From contig CAVUWD010000016.1 in NCBI GenBank assembly GCA_963745025.1, positions 992,001 through 1,056,000 of the forward strand: a stretch of DNA of 64,000 nt. The letters run 5' to 3'. Positions 10,173 through 19,168 of this stretch are shown piece by piece. Positions within the stretch are counted from its first letter, which is position 1. The number at the start of each line of letters is the position of its first letter. The position numbers were made by a program, and so were the translations under genes. The notes beneath the pieces are model-generated. The model saw only the letters and a list, made by a program, of their open reading frames with translations, had not been told where the DNA came from and searched no databases. The stretch comes from an uncultured delta proteobacterium. Its GTDB lineage: Bacteria > Desulfobacterota > Binatia > JACPRU01.

Positions 10173-11259
10173 TGGCCCTCCACTCCCATTTCTTGCCGAA
10201 GTCGCTGGTGGTCAGCAGCAGCCCATGGCCACCCCCCGCCACACCGTGGCCCGCCGCGTCGAAGTCGGACGCCGAGAGCCAGGTGAACACGCCCGCCGGT
10301 ACGTCGGCCGGCTTCCAGCCGCTCTCCGGGTTGCCGCGCAGCAGCGCGCCGCTGGCGCCGACGACGACGTAGTCGCCGTCGGGCAGCGCGCGGATGTCGT
10401 AGAGCGGCGAGTTGCCCGGGGTCTGATTCCAGGTCCAGTTCACTCCGTCCGAAGTCGAGGCGATCGCCCCGTACGTGCCGACTGCCACGGCGTGCTGCGC
10501 GTCGCGCGCACGGACGCAGAGGAACGTCGGCATCGACATCACGTCCCGGTAGATGGTCTTTCCGCCGAGTAGGCCGCCGTGGCCGGCGCCCCAGGTCTTG
10601 CCGCCGTCCGTGGTCATGCGGATCTGCCCGAACTCGCCGACCACGAAGCACGTGTTGTCGTCGACGCACGAGACTCCGTAGAAGATGGGGTCGCTGATCG
10701 CGAGCGTCATGTCCTCGCGGACTCCGATCGAGGAGAGCTCCAACCCGGGTGTCCCGTCACTTTTCTGCTGCGCCGTCCACGTGTTCCCTCCGTCCGTCGT
10801 GTGCAGGATCGACGACACATCGCCGATCGCCCACACGCTCTGCGCGCCGGTGATCGACAGGTCGAAGAGCGCGTTCTTGGTCCCGCTCTTCTGTTCCGTC
10901 CAGCTCTCACCGGCATTCTCGGTCTTGTAGACGATGCCTTCGTGGCCCACGCCCCACCCGAGCTTGCCATCGAAAAACGCGAGCCGAGTGAGGTTGCGGC
11001 GAGTGGGGGCGGTGAGCTTCTTCCAGGTTTGCCCGCCGTCGTTCGACCGCGCCAAGGCACTCCGGTAACCGAGCAGGAGGAAGGAGTTGCTGCCGAGCGA
11101 TTTGACGTCGAAGAACTTGTCGGTGACCGCAAATCCTTCGCGCGGCGGAGGCGCCGGCGGCGCCGTGTGACACGCGCCCCCCACCAGAGCCGTTAACACG
11201 AGCGCGGCTGCCATCGCGAGCGGCCGCCGACGCGAGGCCGGTGACGGTTTCCAGGTCAT
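10165..11259 (-). CDS. YCF48-related/BNR-repeat beta-propeller lipoprotein
   Basis: AAGGAGG RBS before ATG 11259; lipobox GGAC; repeated S/TxDGGxTW motifs. Confidence 0.88.
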   Translation of the reverse strand: MTWKPSPASRRRPLAMAAALVLTALVGGACHTAPPAPPPREGFAVTDKFFDVKSLGSNSFLLLGYRSALARSNDGGQTWKKLTAPTRRNLTRLAFFDGKLGWGVGHEGIVYKTENAGESWTEQKSGTKNALFDLSITGAQSVWAIGDVSSILHTTDGGNTWTAQQKSDGTPGLELSSIGVREDMTLAISDPIFYGVSCVDDNTCFVVGEFGQIRMTTDGGKTWGAGHGGLLGGKTIYRDVMSMPTFLCVRARDAQHAVAVGTYGAIASTSDGVNWTWNQTPGNSPLYDIRALPDGDYVVVGASGALLRGNPESGWKPADVPAGVFTWLSASDFDAAGHGVAGGGHGLLLTTSDFGKKWEWRANG

Positions 11260-11982
11260 TCGAGGTTTCCTCCTTGAGATTTCACGTCCGAGATCCGCGG
11301 CGAGTCGCGCCTGCAACCGCCGAGTCGGCACGGTGTCGCGCCGCACAGGAGTCGCCACGACGAAACCGCCCCCCGAATCTCGCGTAAACTCATTCCGCGA
11401 GCCACTACCACGTCCGGGGCTGCTACTGTCAAGGCTCGAACGGAGGAACGTGGTGCGCCGATGCCGCTCGATGTCCTCCATTCTGGCTAGATCCGATGCC
11501 GGTTTCATCGACGTGGACATGTCTCGTTCGCGCCGGCTGCGGATCGCCCCGCCTATTGCGCCAATTGTGTCCGAGCTAGCGCGGACGCGCTGCCGAACTC
11601 CCGCAGGCTCCGGCAGAAGGGATCGATGCGCCGGTAGGCTTCAAATCGATGACGGTTCACCCTCGGCTTCATTCCATGTCCACGCGAAGGCGACTTCAGG
11701 AACGTCGATGATCGCGATGATCGCACGGCGAGCGATTCTTTACGTTTGAGCTTCACGACCCCCGCCCGATCCGAGAATTCGGATCGAGATCCGACCGTCC
11801 GATGCACTTTCGACGAATCCGCCGGAGCAGCGACGGCGTTCCCCGAAGTCTTTAGGACGCCCACACCCGACGACCTTGTGCCGGAATCGCGAGGATCTTT
11901 CTCCGATCGGGGCGTAGTCCAGCAAGCCCTCAATCGAAGTACGCCAACCGATCTTTCGGGCGAGCGACAAACGCAGCATCGT

Positions 11983-12657
11983 TCAAGGCTTCGGAACCGG
12001 ATCGAGCACCGGCATTCCCGATTCGATGAGCTTCTGTTGGAGCGCGATCGTGACCGCGTGGGCCCGGTTCTGCGCCCCGATTTTTGCGTAGATATTACGC
12101 AGGTGGGCTTTGACCGTCACCTCGGTGATACCGAGCCTCTCGGCGATCTCTTTGTTGGCGGCACCGGCGGCGATCAGTTCGAGAATCTCGATCTCGCGAT
12201 CCGACAGCAGGTGCCGCCGGCCCTCGAGGCGCGCATCCTCCGCGAGCTTGCGCAGGACGGGAAGCGTCACGGCCGCCATCAGATAGCCTTGCCCGGCCGC
12301 CACGCTGCGCACGGCGCGCACGACCTCCTCACCGGGTGCCTCCTTCAGCAGGTAGCCGAGAGCCCCAGCCGTCACGGCCTCGTGAACGTACGCGGGATTG
12401 TCGAACATGGTGAGGATCAGAACCTTCACCGACGGAAGCTCCGTGCGGAGCCGGCGGACGATGGCCAGGACGCCGCCTCCCGGCATGCTGAGGTCGAGCA
12501 GCGCCACGTCCGGCTTCAGCTTGCTGATCATCTTGAAGGCCTCGCCCGTGTCGCCGGCGCTTCCCACGACCTCGATGTCCGGCTCGCGCTCGAGGATCAG
12601 CCGCATGCCGTCGCGGAACGTTTGATGGTCGTCAGCGTGAAAGACTCGAATCGCCAT
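11983..12657 (-). CDS. NarL/FixJ-family response regulator (REC + LuxR HTH)
   Basis: ADDH, LLDLSMP, LTM, GYLLK; HTH LSDREIEIL...TVKAHLRNIYAKIG. Confidence 0.93.
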   Translation of the reverse strand: MAIRVFHADDHQTFRDGMRLILEREPDIEVVGSAGDTGEAFKMISKLKPDVALLDLSMPGGGVLAIVRRLRTELPSVKVLILTMFDNPAYVHEAVTAGALGYLLKEAPGEEVVRAVRSVAAGQGYLMAAVTLPVLRKLAEDARLEGRRHLLSDREIEILELIAAGAANKEIAERLGITEVTVKAHLRNIYAKIGAQNRAHAVTIALQQKLIESGMPVLDPVPKP

Positions 12658-12660
12658 TCG

Positions 12661-12800
12661 CTACTCCTGAGCTCGATTCGGGCACCCGGGTGGAGATCCG
12701 GGTGCCCGCTCCCTGCATCGAATGAATCTCCACGCGGACGTCGAGAGCCTCCGCGCGCTCGCGCACGGTGCGTAACCCGCGCTCAGCTGTTTCGCGGAAT
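12661..12800 (-). pseudogene. 3' remnant of a NarX/DesK-type sensor histidine kinase
   Basis: GLRTVRERAEALDVRVEIHSMQGAGTRISTRVP resembles the end of an HATPase_c domain; the rest of the kinase is absent. Confidence 0.65.
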
Positions 12801-12914
12801 CGGGCACGCGCCTCCGTAGATGTGCAGTCGGTGGCGTTGCGCTCGTTCGAACCATCGGCGCCTCGGTGTCGTAGGCTGCCACAGTCGAGGACCGGCTGTA
12901 CAGGCAGCCTCTCC

Positions 12915-13010
12915 CTAGCGCGACACACCGCAACCGAAACGCGCGATGGCGACGATGCCTCGTATCGCATATTTTCGTCGAGAAACGAGAAGCCCTACCG
13001 TAGTCGTTCA
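12915..13010 (-). repeat. Post-stop-codon ~95 bp element, copy 1
   Basis: ACGAAAATATGCGATACGAGG-N20-TCGGTTGC; gapless alignment with the copies at 23153 and 55179. Confidence 0.7.
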
Positions 13011-14318
13011 GCGTGACGACCAGAAGGCTGCCCGGCCGTCGGCGACTCGCTTCACCTTCGCGCTCTTCGCGTCGGCGATCCAGACCGTCGCTGGTACGGG
13101 CTTCTTCTCGTCGTTAGCGGTCGTGGGATATCCGAAGTAGACGAAATGACGCGAGTCGGGTGCCCAGAAGCGATGCGACTGCGCGTATTGATCGAAGTGC
13201 TGAGAAAGGAATTGGAATTCGGGTGTCGGAAAGAAACGGGCGATCTCCCGGACCTGTCGATTCGCACGAGTGACGACCTCCCAGCGCCATTCGCCAGAGT
13301 CGAATTCGGGCGCGGCGACGAGAAGCTGGCTTCCGTCGGGCGACCAGAAGAACGCTCCGAGGGGTCCGGCATAGAGCGTCTCTCGACGACCGTCAGAGAG
13401 ATGGACCAGGTTGATCCCACCGAAGAAGAGGTTGTCGGGTGTGGTGGCCTCGGCGACCGCGAGTGCTTTGCTGTCCGGCGACCACGTGAAGACGAGCCGG
13501 CTCGACACCGCCGCGATCGCCCGCTCTTCGCCGCTCTTCGATCGCACCATCAAGGACGCCCCCCGCCCTGCTTCCCGCCGCACGGCGTACGCGACGTTGT
13601 TCCCATCCGGAGACCACGACGGCGAACGGAAGAGCACCGGAGCCGCGGAGAGCTTGGTGACTTCCGGCTTGCCCCCCTGGCGTGCTCCGCGCACGTCGAT
13701 CAGCGTCACCTCCGCCGAATGGTCCTCATCGGGGGCCCCGCCGGTGTGCGTGACGATCGCGTCGCCGTCACCGCGCCAGCTGAAGTAGTGCGGGAACCCG
13801 AGACCGAGCGGATGCAGCTCGCCGTCGGAGACACGAAACAGCACGAGCCCGAGCGCTCCCGGCTCGGAGATCAACGCCGCGACCTCTCGACCGGTGGGCG
13901 CGTAGTAGAGGTAGATCGGCCCGTGCTCGCGATTCTCGTAGATCGGCGTAACCGCACCGGGACGCGACAGGTCGAGACGATAGATACCCGCCTGCTGCGC
14001 GCTACCCCCGACGGCGACGGTGACTCCCTGCACGACGAGCGTTTGCCCGTCGGGTGACCAGGTGGGCCACGAGAACCGCCGCTCGGTGGCGCCGGGCGAC
14101 TCGCCTTGAGCGTACGCCACCGAGGCCGTAACGCCTTCGGCCGCCATTCGTCCCGGCTCGCCGCGGGTCAGCGCGCGCGGCTCACCGCCGTTCGGTTCGG
14201 CTAGATATACCTGGTGGTCGAGACCGATCAGCGCAATCTTGCCCGGAATCTCTGCCGCCGTCGCTACCGTGGTCCCGAGCACGAACAGCGTCGTGATGAT
14301 TGCCGCCTTCGATCGCAC
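13008..14318 (-). CDS. Secreted TolB-like (PD40 repeat) beta-propeller protein
   Basis: Signal peptide after GTG 14318; repeated WSPDG/WSPDS motifs. Confidence 0.85.
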   Translation of the reverse strand: MRSKAAIITTLFVLGTTVATAAEIPGKIALIGLDHQVYLAEPNGGEPRALTRGEPGRMAAEGVTASVAYAQGESPGATERRFSWPTWSPDGQTLVVQGVTVAVGGSAQQAGIYRLDLSRPGAVTPIYENREHGPIYLYYAPTGREVAALISEPGALGLVLFRVSDGELHPLGLGFPHYFSWRGDGDAIVTHTGGAPDEDHSAEVTLIDVRGARQGGKPEVTKLSAAPVLFRSPSWSPDGNNVAYAVRREAGRGASLMVRSKSGEERAIAAVSSRLVFTWSPDSKALAVAEATTPDNLFFGGINLVHLSDGRRETLYAGPLGAFFWSPDGSQLLVAAPEFDSGEWRWEVVTRANRQVREIARFFPTPEFQFLSQHFDQYAQSHRFWAPDSRHFVYFGYPTTANDEKKPVPATVWIADAKSAKVKRVADGRAAFWSSR

Positions 14319-14385
14319 GTCCGTTCCTTCGCGCCGCGTCCGCTTACCACGCACCCAACGCGCCAACAAGCTCGGTCGGTAGCCG

Positions 14386-14682
14386 TCATTCTACCGTGAC
14401 GAGTTCCTTGATCTTGTCATAGATCGGCTTCACCTGCGGGATCAGCTCGAGCTCGTCGGCCTGGATGAACTCACCGCTCGACTTGCGGTAGCCGATGATT
14501 CCCTTGGCCCGTGCTTCGGTCATGTCAGGGAGCTTCATCAGCTCCTGCTCGCTCGCCGTGTTGATGTTCACCTTGTCGGCCGCGCAGGCACCGCTCGGAA
14601 TGACCGCGGCGCCGAGAAGCGACATCAAAGCGAGCCCGGTCATCGACTTCGCTATGCGCCTCATCGCCCTCTCCCTCGTCAC
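14386..14682 (-). CDS. ComEA-family helix-hairpin-helix protein
   Basis: Signal peptide, then KVNINTASEQELMKLP...AKGIIGYR...GEF. Confidence 0.85.
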   Translation of the reverse strand: MTRERAMRRIAKSMTGLALMSLLGAAVIPSGACAADKVNINTASEQELMKLPDMTEARAKGIIGYRKSSGEFIQADELELIPQVKPIYDKIKELVTVE

Positions 14683-15137
14683 TTCACTTCGATGATCTTC
14701 AGCTGATACGTCGTAAATTTCGGTTTTTTCGGAATGTCGTCCTTGCTGACGCCGATGCGAAACAAGTCCTTCTCGCCGGGCTTCAGCGGCTCGATCTTCT
14801 TCAGCGTCTCTTCCGGCGCCTTCCTCGGCGTGTCTACACCTTCGCCTTCCACCGTGCCGAGGGCTTCGGCCTTCTGATTATAGGCGACCGTCGAGTAGAC
14901 CGACTTGCCGCTCGCGTCGACGAGGTCGAGCTGGAGCTTCACGTAGTGGATCCGCTTCGTCGACTTGTTCTCGACGTAGCCGAACACCCGGTAGTACACG
15001 GCACCATAGGAGATCTCCCATTGCCCGTGCTGCTCCACGATCGCGGCGTCTTCCGCCCGCGCCGTCCGCGCGCAGATCACGAGGGCCACGCTCGCGACGA
15101 TCGCGATCGGCCACCGCGCACTCCGTCGTGTCACCAT
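14679..15137 (-). CDS. Secreted FxLYD-like domain protein
   Basis: Signal peptide; VFGYVENKS...YVKLQLDLVDASG pattern; 4-nt overlap with the next gene. Confidence 0.65.
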   Translation of the reverse strand: MVTRRSARWPIAIVASVALVICARTARAEDAAIVEQHGQWEISYGAVYYRVFGYVENKSTKRIHYVKLQLDLVDASGKSVYSTVAYNQKAEALGTVEGEGVDTPRKAPEETLKKIEPLKPGEKDLFRIGVSKDDIPKKPKFTTYQLKIIEVK

Positions 15138-15171
15138 CCCCGTCCTTTCTGCCCCCCGGCCGAGATCCTGC

Positions 15172-16395
15172 TCACATTGCCGGTTCGTAGCTTTGCACGA
15201 ACGATTTCACGATCTTGTTTCGCACGTCGTACGAATTCCGTGCCTGCTCGCCGATGTCGGTGGCATGAACGTGGAGCGAGACCGATACCGAGTCGTTCAC
15301 GTTCTCGACGTCATGGATGTCGCCGGGTGGAGGATCGATGAACGAGATTTCGCCGCCAGCGAAGACGTGCTTCCAGGCGGGAGTGAGCTGCGGGAAGGAC
15401 TTGCCCGGCACGTCTCTTCGGCGATAGCGGGTCTCCCGCTCCTTGCCGGTGTACGTCCCCCAAACCACCCACGACTGATGATCGTGGATCGTCGTCCGCG
15501 CCCGCGGCTGGAACACGAGAGCGGCGATCGAGAACCGCCCGGCCGGGTCCGTATAGAGAAGATAGGTCGTAACCCGAAGTCGCGGATTGGGACGCTGGAA
15601 CTTGGCTTCGAGCGCTCCGCGCTGAAGATAGTCCGACAGCAGGGCCGCGACCTGCCACTGCTTGTCCCTGGCTTCCGTTTGCGAGCTCATCACCGCCGAG
15701 ATTTCTTCTGCGAGCGGTTCGGACGAATAGCGCGGCGCCCGCCGTAACACCAAGAAGTACTGATACGGGAGAAACGATTCTTCCCGCTCGACCTCGAAGC
15801 CTGCTTGACGAAGTTCGTGGACCACGGTTTCGCGCGCGAGCTTCTCGGCGAACGGCGGTCCCTCCGCGATGTCTTCACGCTTGTGGAAGTCGACGATCAC
15901 AAGTCGGCCATCGGCTTTGAGACCCCCAGCGACCTTCTGGAAATACGCGACGCGATCACGCAGGTGATGGTAGGCGTTGCAGACGAAAACCAGATCGGTG
16001 CTCGCGGGCGGAAGCGCTGGGTCGTCAGCCGCCACGTGCCGCAGAGCGACGTTGCGGATCCCCTCCGTTCTGATGCGTTCGCGCAGGTACGTGAGCATGC
16101 CTTCGTCGACGTCGGCCGCGTCGATCCGTCCGGACGATCCGACGGCCGTCGCGAGGTGCCTCGAGAAGTATCCCGATCCTGCCCCGAGATCCGTCACCTG
16201 CTCGCCGCCCTTCAGACGAAGCGCGCCGACGACCTCGTCCGGCCTTTGCCACGCGGCTCGGGCGGGATTCTCGAGATAGGCGACGTAACGAGCGGTCGCC
16301 TTCGACAGTGGCGGTTGCGGCGAAACGCTCCGCGCCGCGCAGCCGAAGAGCGCGAGCACGGCCACGGCAGGGAGCGCGACCGCCGCGTGGCGCAT
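15172..16395 (-). CDS. Class I SAM methyltransferase fused to a cysteine/thiol dioxygenase-like cupin
   Basis: DLGAGSGYFS and AYHHL in the N-half; TTIHDHQSW, PPPGDIHDVEN and SVSLHV in the C-half; lipobox LFGC. Confidence 0.85.
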   Translation of the reverse strand: MRHAAVALPAVAVLALFGCAARSVSPQPPLSKATARYVAYLENPARAAWQRPDEVVGALRLKGGEQVTDLGAGSGYFSRHLATAVGSSGRIDAADVDEGMLTYLRERIRTEGIRNVALRHVAADDPALPPASTDLVFVCNAYHHLRDRVAYFQKVAGGLKADGRLVIVDFHKREDIAEGPPFAEKLARETVVHELRQAGFEVEREESFLPYQYFLVLRRAPRYSSEPLAEEISAVMSSQTEARDKQWQVAALLSDYLQRGALEAKFQRPNPRLRVTTYLLYTDPAGRFSIAALVFQPRARTTIHDHQSWVVWGTYTGKERETRYRRRDVPGKSFPQLTPAWKHVFAGGEISFIDPPPGDIHDVENVNDSVSVSLHVHATDIGEQARNSYDVRNKIVKSFVQSYEPAM

Positions 16396-17216
16396 TAGCT
16401 TCCTTGGTACTTCGGTGCCTTCGGCCGCTCGAGCCAGGCGCGGCGCTTTTCGAACGGCTCCGCTACGTAGGCCTTCATCGCCGCCACACCGTCGTCCGAA
16501 AGCATCGTCTCGAGGAACGCCGAGTCTTCGATGCGCAGGCCTGCTTGCAGATGCGTGTCGAAGCCGTCGTAGACCGCCCGCTTCGCCATCGCGACGGCGA
16601 GCGGCGGTAGCGCCGCCATCTCGGTGGCGATCTCCTTCGCTCGCGCGAGCGCGTCGTCGGCGATCTCGTGAACGAGGCCGAGCGCGAGCGCCTCCTCGGG
16701 CCGGACGACGCGGGAGCGCAGCACGAACTCGATCGCCTTGGCCAGGCCGACCAGGCGCGTGATCTTCTGCGTACCGCTGCCGCCGGGAAGGATGCCGAGC
16801 TTCACCTCGGGAAGGCCGAAGCGATGGTCGCCACGTGCGCCGATGCGGATGTCGCAGGAGAGCGAGAGCTCGAAGCCGCCGCCCATCGTGTCCCCGTTCA
16901 TGGCGACGATGACGGGCTTCGGAAGTCCTCGCAGGTCATCGAGCATCCCGTGATAGCCCGCGGTGAGCCCGATGCCGGCGCGGCGCATCGCCTCGCGATC
17001 GCTCGCGTACTCGACGAGCTCCTCGACGCTGTAGTGGGTGATGAACTTACCCGTCATGCCTCCCGTCAGGATCACCACGCGGACATCCGGGCTTTTCCAT
17101 TTCTCGATTAGCTCGACGAGCTCGCGCGTGCCGTCCGCGCAGAAGTAGTTCATCGGCGGATTCGTGTAGGTGGCGACAACGACACCGTTCTTCGCTTCGG
17201 TCTTCCAGAGACTCAT
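16395..17216 (-). CDS. Enoyl-CoA hydratase/isomerase family protein
   Basis: KPVIVAMNGDTMGGGFEL; GLPEVKLGILPG. Confidence 0.92.
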   Translation of the reverse strand: MSLWKTEAKNGVVVATYTNPPMNYFCADGTRELVELIEKWKSPDVRVVILTGGMTGKFITHYSVEELVEYASDREAMRRAGIGLTAGYHGMLDDLRGLPKPVIVAMNGDTMGGGFELSLSCDIRIGARGDHRFGLPEVKLGILPGGSGTQKITRLVGLAKAIEFVLRSRVVRPEEALALGLVHEIADDALARAKEIATEMAALPPLAVAMAKRAVYDGFDTHLQAGLRIEDSAFLETMLSDDGVAAMKAYVAEPFEKRRAWLERPKAPKYQGS

Positions 17217-17236
17217 TGGCTGCTCCTTTGTTTTGA

Positions 17237-17302
17237 GCCACCGGCTACCGACTACCGCAAGAGATCCGAGAAGCGCTTGCCGGGAGCCGGGGCCGGGAGC
17301 CG
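17237..17302. repeat. Heptamer-arm hairpin element, copy 1
   Basis: (GCTACCG-like)x3-CAAG...CTTG-(CGGGAGC-like)x3. Confidence 0.7.
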
Positions 17303-17307
17303 TGTTT

Positions 17308-18153
17308 TCACTGGCTCATGTGCCATCCGCCGTTCGGCGACAGCGTCTGTCCGGTCACCCAATCCGATTCCGAGGATGCGAGGTAAACCGCCGCCCACGC
17401 GATGTCGTCCGGCTGACCGAGGCGGCCGAGGGGTGTGGCGGCGGCGACCAGCGGACACGCCTCGCGCATGTCGTCGAGGAGCGGCGTGTCCACGAAGCCC
17501 GGGGCCAAAGCGTTCACCTGGATGTTTCGCGAGGCCACTTCGCGCGCGAGGGCCCGCGTGAAGCCCAGAATGCCGGCCTTCGCCGCGCAATAGTCGATCG
17601 CGCCGGCGCCCGCCGCGGTCCCCATGATGGAGCCCATGTTGATGATCTTGCCGGCGGAAAGCTCCCCGCTCTGGCGACTCATGATCTTGAGTGCTTCGCG
17701 GGAACAATAGAACGTCGCATAGAGGTGGATGCGCAGCATCCGGTCCCAGTCCTCGTCCGACAGCTCCTGCGTGACGTCGCAGGGAGTCTCGATTCGGCCC
17801 TTGGCCGCAAGCTCCTGTGCCTGCTTGATCATGATCTCGACGTACCGGGCCGCGCGCGCTCCCTTGAGCCCGATCCCTGCATTGTTGACGAGCACGTCGA
17901 GGCGCTTCGTCTTCTTGCCGAGCTCGCCGAACATGCGCCGCACGGACACGGAATCGCCAACGTCGACGGCGAGCCCCGCCCCGCCGGGCGCGAGCTTCTC
18001 GCACTCGCCGCTCACCGCCTTCGCCGCGGCCTCGTTGATGTCGGCCGGGAAGACGACGGCTCCCTCTTCAGCGAAGCGCTTGCAGATCGCCGCACCGAGG
18101 CCCGAGCCACCGCCGGTGATGACCGACACTTTTCCCTTCAGCCTGTTGCTCAT
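17308..18153 (-). CDS. SDR-family oxidoreductase
   Basis: TGGGSGLG, NNAG, YCAAK. Confidence 0.93.
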   Translation of the reverse strand: MSNRLKGKVSVITGGGSGLGAAICKRFAEEGAVVFPADINEAAAKAVSGECEKLAPGGAGLAVDVGDSVSVRRMFGELGKKTKRLDVLVNNAGIGLKGARAARYVEIMIKQAQELAAKGRIETPCDVTQELSDEDWDRMLRIHLYATFYCSREALKIMSRQSGELSAGKIINMGSIMGTAAGAGAIDYCAAKAGILGFTRALAREVASRNIQVNALAPGFVDTPLLDDMREACPLVAAATPLGRLGQPDDIAWAAVYLASSESDWVTGQTLSPNGGWHMSQ

Positions 18154-18167
18154 GCCACTGCCTCCTG

Positions 18168-18233
18168 GGCTGCGGGCTATGGGCTACGGGAAAGAACCCA
18201 CGAAGTCTTTCCCGTAGCCCGTACCTTGCAGCC
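18168..18233. repeat. Heptamer-arm hairpin element, copy 2
   Basis: GGCTGCG GGCTATG GGCTACG GGAAAGA...TCTTTCC CGTAGCC CGTACCT TGCAGCC. Confidence 0.85.
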
Positions 18234-18238
18234 GCTAT

Positions 18239-19030
18239 TTACACCTTGTACCCCCCGTCCACGCTGATCACCTGCCCGGTGATCGCCTTTCCACCCACTT
18301 CCGAAGCAATCAGCGCGGCCATCGGACCGAGCTCGTCCGGGTGGACGATCCGCTTCTGCACGTTCTCCGATTCGGCCTGCGCCCGGAGCGCCTGCGGCGT
18401 CGTGCCGAGCGTCGCCGCCGCGCCCTCGAAGTAGTCGTTGGCGAGCTTGGTGTCCGTCCATGCCGGGCACAGCACGTTCACGGTGATCGTCGGCGGAACC
18501 TGGTACACCATCGCGCGCATCATGCCGATGAGCCCGTGCTTGGCCGCCGAGTACGCGATCGGACCGCCGCCCATCTTCGCGTAACCCGATCCGATGTGGA
18601 TGATGCGGCCGTAGTTCTGCTTCGCCATCTGCGGCAGCGCCGCGCGCGTCGCGTAGTAGGCCGAGGTGAGATTGAAGAAGAGATGATCCTCGAAGAGCTT
18701 GTCGTCGCTCGTTAGGGCGAGGATGTCCTCGAGCTTGTCGTAGTAAACGCCGCCCGCGTTGTTGACGAGAACGTCGAGTCGGCCGAAGCGCTCGATCACC
18801 GCCGCGACCATGCGTTTGGTCCCCTCGCGGTCAAACGCGTCGCAAACGATCGCGTGGCCCTCGCTGCCGAGCGTGCCGATCTCCGCCGCGACGGAGTCGA
18901 GCTCCTTCTTGGTACGCGAGCTGATCGCTACCTTCGCACCCTCGCGGGCAAACTCGAGCGCAATCGAGCGTCCGATGCCGCGGCCGCCGCCGGTCACGAG
19001 CGCGGCTCTACCCTTTAACCGATCTCCCAT
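18239..19030 (-). CDS. SDR-family oxidoreductase
   Basis: Starts MGDRLKGR at 19030 after GGAG; TGGGRGIG, NNAG, YSAAK. Confidence 0.93.
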   Translation of the reverse strand: MGDRLKGRAALVTGGGRGIGRSIALEFAREGAKVAISSRTKKELDSVAAEIGTLGSEGHAIVCDAFDREGTKRMVAAVIERFGRLDVLVNNAGGVYYDKLEDILALTSDDKLFEDHLFFNLTSAYYATRAALPQMAKQNYGRIIHIGSGYAKMGGGPIAYSAAKHGLIGMMRAMVYQVPPTITVNVLCPAWTDTKLANDYFEGAAATLGTTPQALRAQAESENVQKRIVHPDELGPMAALIASEVGGKAITGQVISVDGGYKV

Positions 19031-19168
19031 GTCGTCTCCCCCTTGGCTCGGGAATCTCGAAGCGTCTAACCCGCTTCCGACTCCGGAGTAAACCCCCCAT
19101 CGACTGGGCGCGCGAATCAAAAGTAGGAGGTACTTGTCGGGCGCGGTCACATTCAGTAAAGCGCGAGC

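Larger units (their letters stand above)
3730..10597. repeat. Tandem direct duplication of ~3.43 kb (unit 1 ~3730-7156, unit 2 ~7157-10597)
   Basis: 7157-7625 matches 3730-4198; 7761-10172 matches 4320-6731; 10165-10597 matches 6724-7156. Confidence 0.95.

Noticed and set aside
11846-11963. Three loose TCnnTCGG-like boxes as NarL-type binding sites
   Set aside because: Too degenerate to distinguish from chance in GC-rich DNA
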